A stretch of DNA of 64,000 nt from Pocillopora damicornis (taxonomy: Eukaryota). Positions 1-12,368 of the stretch are shown in pieces; positions within the stretch are counted from its first letter, which is position 1; each line of letters begins with the position of its first letter. Below the pieces are notes generated by a model, which saw nothing but the letters and a program-made list of their open reading frames with translations, had not been told where the DNA came from and made no database searches. The stretch is from assembly GCF_003704095.1 (NCBI RefSeq), contig NW_020843631.1, forward strand, positions 186,001 through 250,000. The letters are read 5' to 3'. The position numbers and the translations under genes are program-made.

Positions 1-328
1 TACATTGAAACACAGTTAACATTGTCAAAATGGATTGTAGCTATAAAATTTGGCTGGATCTACAAAGTAAACCTTTACACCCTAACATCAGTATCTATGT
101 TCTCTATACCCTTCTTGATACATTTCCTTTGGTACTGACATGGAGAATTTGGGTAATAATCAAAGCTTTTATGGTTGAAAATCATTTTCTTTTTTTTTTG
201 TGATCTTGATGAATGATTTAGCAATATTACTATTAAGAGAAATTACATTCTGGTTTACAGGGTTAAGGCGCTTAAAGTCTGCTGTTTATATTGCAGAAAT
301 GGTGCCATTGCTGATCTGACTCTTCAAC

Positions 329-3300
329 ATGTCACTAGAAGCAAGTGCTGAAGATGTGAATTCTCCACTTATCTCAGGTGACAACAGAAGCCCTTCAGCT
401 CCCAAAGAGTACAGGGCTAATGCTCTAGTTAGTAATTGTCGACTGGGGCATCGTCAAAAGATCCTCGTCACCAGCTGCATTCTTCTCACAGAGTTATGTG
501 AACGTTTGACCTTCTATGGATTGACGGCTAACTTGCTGTTATTTGCTAGCAATGAATTAAATCTTAAATCACCCTGGCCATCCACTATTAGTTATTTGTT
601 TCAAGGTTAGTAGGAATTCTTATGCATATCTGAATATAGTGTCAAAATAAAATTAATTGCTGGTAAAAGTGTATGTTCATAAATGAAAGAATGGTTTAGT
701 TGATGTGTGATATGTACTCCATGAACTGGTAATAGTATAAACTGTAATCAATCTCTAGTACCATTGGTTACTTTGTGATTATACCTGGGCTTAGTTTTAG
801 GAGTCCACCTGCATTGATAAGTTAGCAGTACTCACCACTCAATATGGCAGAGGTGGTGAGCGGTTTAAAGTGTTGGGAGCTACTTGTCTAAGCTACATGT
901 GCACCTAAATTTTCCAAAACAATTTTTAATCACTGGCCAGAGCTCTTCAAATGAAAAAATTCCCACCCCCCCTTCCTCCCCATGTTTCACTGCNNNNNNN
1001 NNNNNNNNNNNNNNNNNNNNNNNNNNNNNNNNNNNNNNNNNNNNNNNNNNNNNNNNNNNNNNNNNNNNNNNNNNNNNNNNNNNNNNNNNNNNNNNNNNNN
1101 NNNNNNNNNNNNNNNNNNNNNNNNNNNNNNNNNNNNNNNNNNNNNNNNNNNNNNNNNNNNNNNNNNNNNNNNNNNNNNNNNNNNNNNNNNNNNNNNNNNN
1201 NNNNNNNNNNNNNNNNNNNNNNNNNNNNNNNNNNNNNNNNNNNNNNNNNNNNNNNNNNNNNNNNNNNNNNNNNNNNNNNNNNNNNNNNNNNNNNNNNNNN
1301 NNNNNNNNNNNNNTTGGCTGATTACAAAGATTATAGGAAGAATGACAAATATCATTTGGAGATATTTGATTATATACACCTCAAAAGCTTAAATTGTATA
1401 ATACATTCAGCGGACAGTGGTAAGATCTTTGGAGTGAGTGCTGAGCCACAATTATCTCCTACAAAAATATTTAGTTTTGCCTGAAATTTGATGGACATGT
1501 TTTGTAATGGCTATCTTTATTAAACATTATTTTGGCATGCAAATGCTATTTAAATCATAATTTGTATAACAAGGTAACTAGTTAAAATTCCATTCTGACC
1601 ACTTTATCAAAGTTATTTTGTGATCAGATGTTCTCCATGTGTATCATGTCATAAATGTTATTGAGGAAACTCTCATGAGTGTTATGAGTGTTTTGTGACA
1701 ATTTATTATTTAATTTACAGCAACCAAACCTAATTTAATAAAATCAAAAGCAAGTTTCTGGGAATGGTTAGTTTCCATGAATAAACCATGAACAGAAGAA
1801 ACATTTTTTTTGATTGTATTGAGGAGAAAATTCTTCTTCTTTATAACATGGATATAATTTTAGTCTTGATGTTTTCCCACTCTCTAGGAACATGTTACCT
1901 TGTACCTTTGTTAGGAGGATGGTTGGCAGACACCTACTTGGGTAGATTCAACACCATTTATGGAAGTTCGTTATTGTATGTTGTAGGAACTTTACTTTTA
2001 GCTGTTGTTTCCTTGAAAAATGACATGCTCAAAGAACTACTGGGCAAAAATGCAGCTCATGATAAAGCAGCAAGATTAGTGTATTTTGTGTTGGCTCTGG
2101 TAATGATAGCATTTGGGACAGGGGGAATCAAAGCTAATGTGTCACCTTTTGGGGCAGATCAGGTTCAACAGGATGGTCCCAGAGCTATCCAGGCTTTCTT
2201 TAACTGGTTTTACTGGTTTATCAATATTGGATCATTGATAGCTTTTACTGTTGTTGTGTGGATTCAGCAGTATAAATTTTTCTACGGCTATGCTATCACT
2301 GCAGGGACCATGTTCCTTGCGGTTCTTGCATTTCTTGCGGGTCGCAACAAGTACTTAACAAAGCCACCTGGAGGTAGCCAGCTGACTGAAATTACAAAAA
2401 TATTGTGTGAGGCAAGGCGAAATCGCAAACAGAACACTGGTGGCTGGCTTGATGGAGCAAAGAGCACTTTTGGAGGAAAATTTACACGTGCTCAGGTTGA
2501 AGATGTCAAGTCACTCCTGAGAGTCATTGCAGTGTTCTTTCTCTTTATTCTTTACTGGACAATTTATTTTCAGGTTAGTTTTGGTGTAAGGTTTCTTTTA
2601 ATTCCAAGTAGGTTGGGTGTGGCAAGGATTTATTGCCTCTCCCAGGTACACACCAAAAACATCATTGAAGAATTCTTAGCCATTCAGTACCTGCTTTCTT
2701 GTCCTGTCCCTGCCCTTCCTTATATCGAATTGCTTTATGAAGCTCTCCTAACCTTTTAACTGCCAAAAGCGATCAACATGTGCTTGACGAAGACTAGCAG
2801 TAAAGTGGTCAAAAGGTTCCTAATCAATACACAATTGATTAGCTTGTATCTTACATTGTCTTACAAATAATTGAAAATTGATTTAATATATACTTAACCA
2901 CAAAGAACATCAACATTTTCTATAGCAGTTTAACAGTAGAATGACTCTCTCAATTGGACAGTTGCAATCATTGTATAGACAAATTTTGACGATGCTAGTA
3001 ATATTGCCTTATCCACACTTATCCTTATTTTACTTGAACTTTTTAGTTTCAATTTAAATACACACATATATATTTTGTTGCCTTTCCCAGATGCAGACCA
3101 CATTCCTTATCCAAGCTACCTTCATGAAACTGAAATTTCCGCACTTTACTGTACCAGCAGCTTCTTTGTCCATTTTTGATACTGTTGCAGTTCTTACACT
3201 TATTCCTCTCATGGATAATGTTTTGTATCCTTTTGTGCGCTACCTTGGCTTTAACTTCACTCCTCTGCGACGTATTGGTGTGGGTATGTTGCTGGCAGCA

Positions 3301-5538
3301 GCTTCCGTGGCAGTAGCAGGAGTGATTGAAATACAACGAAGGAATGAATGGCTTCATGGTGGCATTTGTCGGCAAAAAGTTTTGGATGATTACCGCAGTG
3401 CTTCATGTTTAAGTGTATTTTGGCAAGTCCCCCAGTTTGCATTGATTGGTGCCAGTGAAGTTTTTACAAGTATTGCAGGTATGCAGAAGTCACACAGGGA
3501 AGCAAACAGTCTTTCAAAAGTTTTTAAAGAATTTCTTTTAATCAAAGTTGTACTAAACCCCTCAATTCCTAAGATGTGATAAGAATTATTTCTCTCCCTG
3601 ACCAGTGAGAGATCTTCCTTTAAATTAATTTGGAGCATATTGCTGGCATTTTATCTAAATTGCGACTGAATGTAATTATTATGTCCCTGTTAAACCATGG
3701 TAGTAACCTATTGAGATCCTACATTTTCAAGCTTTTCACCCAATACATTGAAACTCTACCCTTAAAGGTGATTTAAGTCAGGAGACCATTTTGCTATTTT
3801 ACAGATCGTGAAGTACATAATAAACATTAGGAAACATTAGGAAACATTAAACAACAGGAGGTAGCTCTGAAAAGTCAAAATCCAGTTTTGATGGCCCAGT
3901 TCATCTCACAAAATTGATGATGTCTGCAAACACATATCTGAGCATGCTTTAATTCACAGTAACCCACCAATCAAATCAAAGCTTCAACATCCCTCCCTAC
4001 CCCACAAGCATATGATGGTCGTCCATATCAAGGGGAGGGGGTGAAATTTGAACCTTGTTGTCTGGCTAGGGTGAGAAATCTAAACCACAAGTTTCAATTC
4101 TTTCTAGCAGAAAAAAAGTGTCATACATTTGTATCTTTGAAGAGGTAGGAGGTAAATAGGTCAGTTTCCTAAGAGAATGACTTAGAAGAAAAGGTCTACA
4201 ATGTCTAGGTTTTAATCCTCGGGTAATTTTTAGAAAAAAGTTCCCAGGCATTCCCAACAAATTGGGTGTGGCATTTGAACACAATTTTTGCCAGGTGAGT
4301 GGGAATTTTAGGAAACCAATCTTTAAAAGTTTAATTCTGGGGTGGGGGAGGAGGGTGTTGAAGCTTCAAATCGATCAATGCATAACACCCAAGCCAACTC
4401 ACAACCATCACCTCACAAACTGGCATAAACCTTTTTCTTCATAAAGTATTATAATATTAATGATAAGTGTGGTTGACTGCAATTGTACTTGTTGATTGCT
4501 TGTAAGAAGAGTGTGTTAAATGATCCTTAAATCAGCCCACATTCAACACAGTCTGAGTTAATTGCTTTTTCCCTACTGCACTTTAACCCTTTTATTCCTC
4601 CCCTCAAGCTGCTTAACATTTCCTTGTTAAAGAATTCTAAGAATTTGGTGTTAGATCTAAATAACAACTTTTACTAGTCATTAATAAGTTTGAGTATGCT
4701 CATTTCCTGTTAGCTGCAAAATGTTTGGATATCTCAAGGAGAAGTTGAATGTTAATCATTTCTGGGAGTTAACCCTTTAACTACCACAAGTGACCAAGAC
4801 AGACTTTCTCCTTACAAAATCAATACAATATCAACCAAATAAGTAATGAGAATAAAGAAAAATATCAATTTGGAGATAATTAGTTGATTCAATACTAAAT
4901 TCTCTGAACTAACGTTATAAGAATCATATGGTTGACAGTAAGGAGAATTACAAATTTGATATTGGAGTTACAGGGTTCATTAAAAGGGTTAAGCAATAGG
5001 GTTTGGATCATTATTAATAAGGGAGGGATCCCCTAATCCAGGGTTTGGCTTATTACATTTTAGTTAACTGAATCTCCCAAAGTAACATTTTAATCCTTGG
5101 ATAAGTACCTCCCCCCTTTGAAAAAAACTTCTCTCTGATATAAGTTTAGATAATTTGAGCTGAACCTCTCATTGGATTTTTGTTGTGACTATTTCTTGTC
5201 AATTTTTCTGTACAGGACTTGAGTTTGCATATTCACAGGCTCCCAGGTGTCTTCAAGGGGTTGTGATGGGGGCTTTCCTTGTTACAAGTGGTCTTGGAAA
5301 CTATGTTGCAAACCTTCTTGTCGTCATTGTCAAGGAAGCTAGCAATGGTGATTGGTATCCAGTGGACAACCCAAACAAAGGACACTTTGAGTACTTCTTC
5401 TTTCTGTTGGCTGGGCTAATGATGCTAAATTTCCTGGTGTTCCTGTACGTTGCCTCCTACTACAAATACAAAACTTCCTCCTTGAGGAATTTTGGAAGAG
5501 AGCCGGACATAGTACAACAAGACAATCCTCAAGTTTGA
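329..5538 (+). CDS. SLC15A4: SLC15A4-like (PTR2/POT family) peptide/histidine transporter, copy 1; exons 329-605, 1888-2573, 3091-3478, 5216-5538 (557 aa)
   Basis: GT-AG exons join in phase (1,0,1) to 1674 nt. POT motifs present: ELCERLTFYG (ExxER), GGWLADTYLGRF, GTGGIKANVSPFGADQ, FFNWFYWFINIGSL, WQVPQFALIGASEVF, GLEFAYSQAP. Confidence 0.92.
4585..4977. mobile_element. Abundant ~190-bp MITE-like repeat with TTAACCC...GGGTTAA-type ends; two back-to-back copies here. Related copies near 70-265, 11510-11705, 17800-18003, 25135-25345, 26137-26327, 27183-27400 and 30335-31040
   Basis: Shared core TTTCTCCTTACAAAATCAATACAATATCA...ATGAGAATAAA...TAGTTGAT.CAATAC.AAATTCTC occurs at several of these positions, with short terminal inverted repeats. 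Confidence 0.65.
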
Positions 5539-6549
5539 AGTCAATGAGTATTGTATCAGTCAAGGCCTTCCACAGTCGAAATAATTCTTTTTTTTTTCTT
5601 TGTTCTGGCTTTTGTCTTATGTCTTGTTTTGTTTTCTGGCAGCCAATCCACACCCTTTTTTGACATGAATCCTCTTAGCACAGGGGTACAAGTGCAGAGC
5701 TATTGGGAGGTGGGGGAAGAGGGCTTTTTGAAAGAAATCAAAAAACAATTTTGTTTTATTGCCTTGATTTTTGATTTATTAATAACTTTTTTCATGAGTT
5801 GAGAAATAAACCAGAAAATGTCTATACCAATTAATCATTACTGTTATAACTTTCCAGTATTAAGTGATTTTACTCGTTTGTATTAATGTTAGAAAAATCT
5901 TCCCTATTTAGTCGAGAGAACATTCTTCCCAAAAAACGGGCTCCAAGCCCTCTGATTTTTTATGTCACATGAAGGAAAAATATGATTTTACGTTTTACAA
6001 TCTGAAAGGTCTCTTTTGGAACAGTCATGGACTGCAGTGTTAGTTGCAATTGAATAAATGTTTCTGAACAATATTTTTGTTGTGTTTTAAGTGATAAATG
6101 AACCAGTTGTGTACTTTGATTAACTTTTGGTTTTGTTTTGTGACCACGAGGAAGCAAAGCAATCTTTCGACTGAAATAGGTGTACCCACTAAATAAATTC
6201 AGTAACTTCGCTTTAAGCAGCTTTCAATGATTTCATTCGTCGAAATCGTAATTAGGTGAAGGGAACAGAAATCTTAAAGCAGAGACCAAAGTAAAGCAGA
6301 ATGCTTTTTAATTCAGTACAATATTTCGGCTTTTCAAGCAGCCTTCTTCGAGAACAGATCGATAGAATTCGCATTGGAAGGGCAGGGGAGTTGCGTTTTG
6401 CAGGGATGTTTTTGTAATATACCCAAAATATAAGTTAGTGTAATGTGATATACAATGTGTATAATCAAAGACGAAGTAAAGCACCAAAATTATTAAAAGG
6501 AGGGGAAAAACAAATATTGGCTACCATCGAAACATTTCAAGGAGCACTC

Positions 6550-6645
6550 CTTTTTTTTTTCATTGCGTCTTCATACAAGTACAAAGTGTCGTCTCTGCTA
6601 AGTGACGAGAGTGAGATGAACAGGTCTAGGCTGAGCATGAACTAA
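6550..6645 (+). pseudogene. Orphan fragment resembling the 3' end of the last SLC15 exon (relic of a more diverged paralog)
   Basis: Translates FFFIASSYKYKVSSLL...*, compared with FLYVASYYKYKTSSLR in copy 1 and FLYVASSYKYKTSS in copy 2. No matching upstream exon sequence is visible. Confidence 0.5.
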
Positions 6646-8088
6646 CTTTTAGTACTCAATCTACGCGAAGCTGATTGCTTTATGTCTGCATGCCTCAGCT
6701 AAACTAAGGGGCAGAGGAGTTCAATTTGTCTGTATAGTAGCGCTGAAAGTCTTTACAAAATACTGTAAGAGGATTTTTGTCACTCGGTGAAGATTTCAAG
6801 AGACGCACCTATTTGATAGCCAATCAACAAGACCGATTGTGCGATAAATTTACTGGAAATATAGTCAAAGGGGAATTTACCCATATGATTTATTTTTATT
6901 CTGTTGCTTTTGGAAAGTTATATATCAGTATGTCATGATTTCGGCCCATTACGATTTTGCCTCCATGTCTACGAGTTCGCCCTATTAAATACAAAAAGTT
7001 CCCCCCGCCGTAACCAATTCGCCTGCGAATTTTTTAATTTGTTTCCATGAGGCAGAATTTGTTCAATTTCCGACTTATACAGATCTTTACCAAGACGATC
7101 AAATTGTCAGAATACTATTTCAAACTCCACATTTGAGCGTGGTTTGTGAGTAAAACTGGCCTTGTTTATACATTAAAATGGTAATTTCATGGTAGAAGCA
7201 CTGACGCGCACATTAAAATAAAGTTTTCTTCTTTATATCTGTCAAAGCCATATGTATCAGCAATGATGGGCGTGGGTAGTAGTAGCTTGAGAAGATTTTC
7301 CCTTTTCTCGTGAAGGCTAGAGCTCTGAGTAAAGTAACATAAGCCTTCCTGCTATAATCATAACCATCACAATTTCCTCAAATGTGATTGGTGCATTAGC
7401 TGCTTTATTTTTCACTAATCATTCTGCACAGTTGTAATCGGACAGTGTAATCGCACAGTTGACTGCCGACACAAGCGAAGCAAATTTCAACGACAGCTAT
7501 GAGTTTCGCTAACGAAGACATACTGAGAAGCGAGGATATATTTTACGGAAAAGACTTGAATCGTTTTATTAGCGTAGTCGAGGTATCCAAGTACTTATCG
7601 TAAACTGAAATATGAAATTATAAGGAAGAAGCTAAGCTAAATTCTAAGATAAGGACCAACATTCCAATCATTCCGATATATAGGCAAGATCCTAAAAGAC
7701 TAGCTAAAACTTTAAAACAAACTCACAAAAAGACCATCTTAAAAGGATAAAGGAGAAACGCTTGAAAACGAATTCAAACAAAACTAATAACCGAGTGGAA
7801 AAAACTAGCAGGTTACTAACAAAGCATGAACAACGTAAGCCACGTGTTACAAGGTTGCAAAGAAACTGGTGTAAAAACTGGGCGAAACTACCGACAAACT
7901 AGATGTTTAGACAAGCACTTACATAACAGTCCCGCTTGTAAGAGTTTGACCAAAACGAACTTCAAGATAAGGTGGGCAAACGGGGGCTTTTCGATAAACA
8001 CGTCTTATCGTTAGCCAAAGGCAAGACAACTAACTACATTGCGGTTCTGGGCGGAACTTAAAGATCACGTCCCTAATGGACAAATATG

Positions 8089-9016
8089 GGCGGCCGTCAC
8101 CACCAAAAATACAAGGATGTCAAATAGATCAGCAAATACAAAGATGGTGTAAGGATCAGCTGCAGGATAGCATAGCTAATAAAGGAATGGCATGGTCAAA
8201 TTATAGACAGTCTAGTTTTCCTTCGTGAAGCAGATCACCCTAAACATGAATAGTTTAGCCAAATGAGAAACGGTCTAGTAGCCCATGTTGAGTTGGAACA
8301 TGAGATTGTGAAATGGACTAGCTTAATTACGAATAGCTTAGCACTCATTTGCAATACAGTACTCAAACGGTGTAGCGTTGCGTTAAACGGCTCAGGGTAA
8401 CGTCTAGTAGCACAGCTTACGCACAAACGGTGTAGCGTTGCGTCAAATGGCTCAGCGTGATTTAGAATGGTACAGCGTACATTCATATGATGTAGCGCCG
8501 CGGGAAATGGCTCCGCGTAATGTCGAATGGTATAGCATACATAAAAACAGTGTAGCGTTGTGTGAAATGGCTCAGCGTGATGTTGAATGGTACAGCGTAC
8601 ATACAAACAGTGTAGAGTTGCGTGAAATGGCTTAGCGTAATGTCGAATGGTACAGCGTACATACAAACAGTGTAGCGTTGCGTGAAGTGGCTTAGCATAA
8701 TGCCGAATGGCACAGCGTACACACAAATGGTGTAGCGTTGCATGAAATGGCTCACCGTAATGTAGAATGGTACAGCGTAGACACAAATAGTGTAGCGTTA
8801 GGTCGAATAGCTTTGCAAAACATCAGACGCTCTATCTGAACATTAAATTGCTTAGTATTACTTGAAATATTTCGATGTTGTGGCGAATTGTAGTGGCGTG
8901 ACGTGAAGGCCATGCCATTCCTTTATTAGCTATGCTATCCTGCAGCTGATCCTTAAGCCATCTTTGTATTTGCTGATCTATACGACATCCTTGTATTTTT
9001 GGTGGTGATGGCCGCC
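8089..9016. mobile_element. Foldback/MITE-like element: 107-bp inverted repeats (8089-8195 and 8910-9016) enclosing a 60-bp tandem array
   Basis: GGCGGCCGTCACCACCAAAAATACAAGGATGTC...GGAATGGCATGG is the reverse complement of CCATGCCATTCC...GGTGGTGATGGCCGCC with few mismatches. No TSD seen. Confidence 0.7.
8357..8800. repeat. 60-bp minisatellite, about 7.5 copies
   Basis: TGTAGCGTTG-like word recurs at 8371, 8431, ~8491, 8551, 8611, 8671, 8731 and 8791. Consensus is approximately TGTAGCGTTGCGTGAAATGGCTCAGCGTAATGTCGAATGGTACAGCGTACATACAAACAG. Confidence 0.95.
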
Positions 9017-9439
9017 AAGGCATCTCGCCGAAACCACCAAAAATACAAACCGCAAATGGAACAGTGATCTGCTGGGGGCATGACGTCATCCAATGTGAAG
9101 ACTGACACGAAACCATTACATGGCGTAGTCGCTGTGTGGAATAGTCTNNNNNNNNNNNNNNNNNNNNNNNNNNNNNNNNNNNNNNNNNNNNNNNNNNNNN
9201 NNNNNNNNNNNNNNNNNNNNNNNNNNNNNNNNNNNNNNNNNNNNNNNAGAGAGGATTCATAAGTTATTTATCGGCTTGAGGTAGTGACCGACGTGTTTGC
9301 TCAAAAATACTGCCCAACCGGAAAACGAGGTATATTTATGAAAAATGACAACGAAAGTTGGGATGTACTTGGCGACTCACGAAAGCGTTACCGTGGCCCG
9401 TGGGCAGAGATGGGAAAATACTGACCGGGTAAAGAACCA

Positions 9440-11245
9440 ATTCTATTTCGTGGGTTTCGTAAGCACGTTTTTCGCCTCTAGAAGAAAATCAAGAGCTATT
9501 TTGAATGACGCTTCCTTCTCGAGACATTCCTTGGTCAGTTTCGTTCTGCTTCTTACTTATAAATTCCATGTGCGCAGAGACCTCATACTGACAAATTTGC
9601 ATCTTCACTTTGAAATCCGATTCGCATATGTGTCTCCGCACCTGCGAAAATTTTATCGATTTATATCTTTTTATCTACCCCCAAGTAGACAAAACAACAG
9701 CCACTACTGTACAGTGCGTAATACCCACTTGTAAGAGGAAGTGCAAGCTTTATTTGCGCATATCGGACGCAATGAAATTAACAGTTTGCTCTTAAATTAA
9801 GATCAAGAAAAGTAGCTACGCTCCTTTCTACTATTTAGTATATTTATGCGTCCGTGTAGGTGTAGGAATTTTTCTTTTCACGAAATTACTGCATAACAAG
9901 TTATTTAATGGCTTTTTTTCCTGAACGCCCTTCCTTCCCTGGAAAATTTGATTGCCCTCATTAGGCAAGATGAAGAAAAATAACAACATTGCTTCCAGGC
10001 ATCACACTTAGTTTATGTCTGTGTGACTGTTTTGTTTACTACATAACATAACTGAACCCCACTTTATGCCTTCACAAGAAATGATCTAATATGAAAAATT
10101 AGCGTCCGCGCGGCCGACTTTCGATATTTTCAGGTCGGATTTTCCGTTTCTGTAGCGATGCGAATTGAGGCTGTAAAATGAAAAACGATCTTTCGGACCT
10201 CAAGCGAGGCCCAGCCACATTTTGAAGATTCCAGGGCCCGGTAAATATCTTGTTTGAGTAATAAGATGTCCAAAAAGTAATGTTTAATCGAAGACTTTAT
10301 GTCAAAAGGACTCTCAGAATTTTAATCAAACACAACGCCGTGCAATTTTCTAGTCGTATAGTCAAGTAATCAACGATCTAAACATGATGAATTCTATTTC
10401 GTGGGTTTCGTAAGCACGTTTTTTGCCTCTAATAGAAAATCAAGAACTGTTTTGAATAAAGCTTCCTTCTCGAGACATTCCTTGGTCAGTTTCGTTCTGC
10501 TTCTTAATCATAAATTCCATGTGAGCAGAGACCTCTTCCTCATACTGACAAATTTGCATCTTCACTTTGAAATCCGATCCGCATATTTGTCTGCGCACCT
10601 GCGAAAGTTTTATCGATTTTTATCTTGTCATCTACCCACAAGTAGACAAAACAACAGCCACTACTATACAGCGCGTAAACCCACTGGTAAGAGGAAGTAA
10701 AAGCTTTATTTGCGCATATTGAACGCAATGAAATTAACACTTTGCTCTTAAATTAAGATCAAGAAAAGTAGCTACGCTCCTTTCTACTATTTGGTATATT
10801 AATGCGTCCGTGTAGGTGTGGGAATTTTTCTTTTCTCAAAATTACTGCATAACAAGTTACTTAATAGATTTTTTTTCCTGAACGCCCTTCCTTCCCCGGA
10901 AAATTTGATTGCCCCCATTAGGCAAGATGAAGAAAAATAACAACATTGCTTCCAGGCGTCACACTTATTTCATGTCTGTATGATTGTTTTGTCTTCCAAG
11001 TCACAACATAACATTAAGTAACCCCATTTAATGCCTAAGCAAGAAATGATCTAATATGAAAAATCGGCGTCCGTGCGGCCGACTTTCAATATTTTCAAGT
11101 CGGATTTTCTGTTTCTGTAGTGATGCAAATTGAGGCTGTAAAGTGAAAACCGATCTTTCGGACCTCAAGCGAGGCCTAGCCACATTATGAAGAAAGATTC
11201 ACTTTGAAATCCGATCCGCATATTTGTCTGCGCACCTGTGAAAAA
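9440..11245 (+). repeat. Direct duplication of about 800 bp (9440-10228 and 10391-11191) plus a third ~50-bp fragment (11197-11245)
   Basis: Both copies start ATTCTATTTCGTGGGTTTCGTAAGCACG and end GACCTCAAGCGAGGCC.AGCCACATT.TGAAGA, with high identity throughout. Confidence 0.92.
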
Positions 11246-12368
11246 AATTTACCCATTTCTGTCTTTTACCTTAATTTTAGAGTAAAAACTTAATATGCAT
11301 CTATCACTTTTTTCGTTGAAAATAAGTTATTTAAATGGTCTTCTTTCACTGGAGCTTGTCTTTGGGAAAAGATGATTTATAAAAATTTACTGCGCATTGT
11401 GTTTGCTTTTCCGGTCTCTCCAAAACTTTAACTTTTCGATAGGCAAGCGTTACACGTAAGTGCCAATGGGTTAATGAATATTTTGATCCACACACTCTTC
11501 TTTTCACCCATTAACTCCAAAGATCTAATTGTTAATCCTCCCTTGCAGCTGCTACACATTTCCCTCTTAATAAGTTATAAGAATTTGGTGTTAGATCCAG
11601 ATATCAACTTCTACTTAATAAGTTTCAGTATTCTCGTACATGTTTGGTGGATAATGTTTTGATATTATGGGAAGAAGTTACATGTTAATTGCTTTTAGGA
11701 GTTAGAGGGCGAAGACCCCTCAATTTGCATATAGCGGCCTATTCAAGCTAAAAAAAGAAAATAATCATTCCCAGGTCTTTGTTCCTCTATCACATTCTAT
11801 GCATAGTTTCTGTCTCTACCCTATGCACCTACATGTAAGACTGCTATATATAGGAGAAACTTTTTCATCTTTAAATTTAAAGTGTCTGCCATATGCAAGG
11901 ACAGCTGAGCTTTTAGCTGCAAAGCACTGCAAACTCTAGAAAGTATAGCTACATTGTAACTCATTCAGCCTCGAAAAAGTGATATCTATACCCCGGTTAT
12001 ATGGCACTACGAGCACGGTGTGGAGTGATAATAATGGTTGACTAGATGTGCAACCTTAGGAGGAATGGAATACATTGAAACACAGTTAAGATTATCAAAA
12101 TGGATCGTGGCTATAAAATTTGGATGGATCTACATAGTAAACCTATACATCCTAATATCAGTATCTATATTCTCTATTAACCCTTCTCTACGCATTTCCT
12201 TTGGTACTAACAATTTAGGTAACAATCAAAGCTTTTAAACTTGAAAATAATTTTCTTTGTCTTTATGATCTTAAACGAGAAATTACGTTCTGGTTTACAG
12301 GGTTATGGAACTTAAAGTCTACTGTGTATATTTCAGAAATATTGTCATCGCTTATCTGACTCCTCAGT

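Noticed and set aside
884-1484. ORFs running through N runs (also near 9150, 12720, 14650, 22240, 24060 and 25920)
   Set aside because: They are artefacts of assembly gaps translated as X.
8235-8786. 183-aa His/Cys-rich repetitive ORF on the minus strand
   Set aside because: It is a by-product of a stop-free 60-bp repeat, with no splice or domain support.
8357-8800. Regularly spaced repeats resembling a CRISPR array
   Set aside because: The whole 60-bp unit repeats with no unique spacers, there are no cas genes, and the context is eukaryotic. It is a minisatellite.
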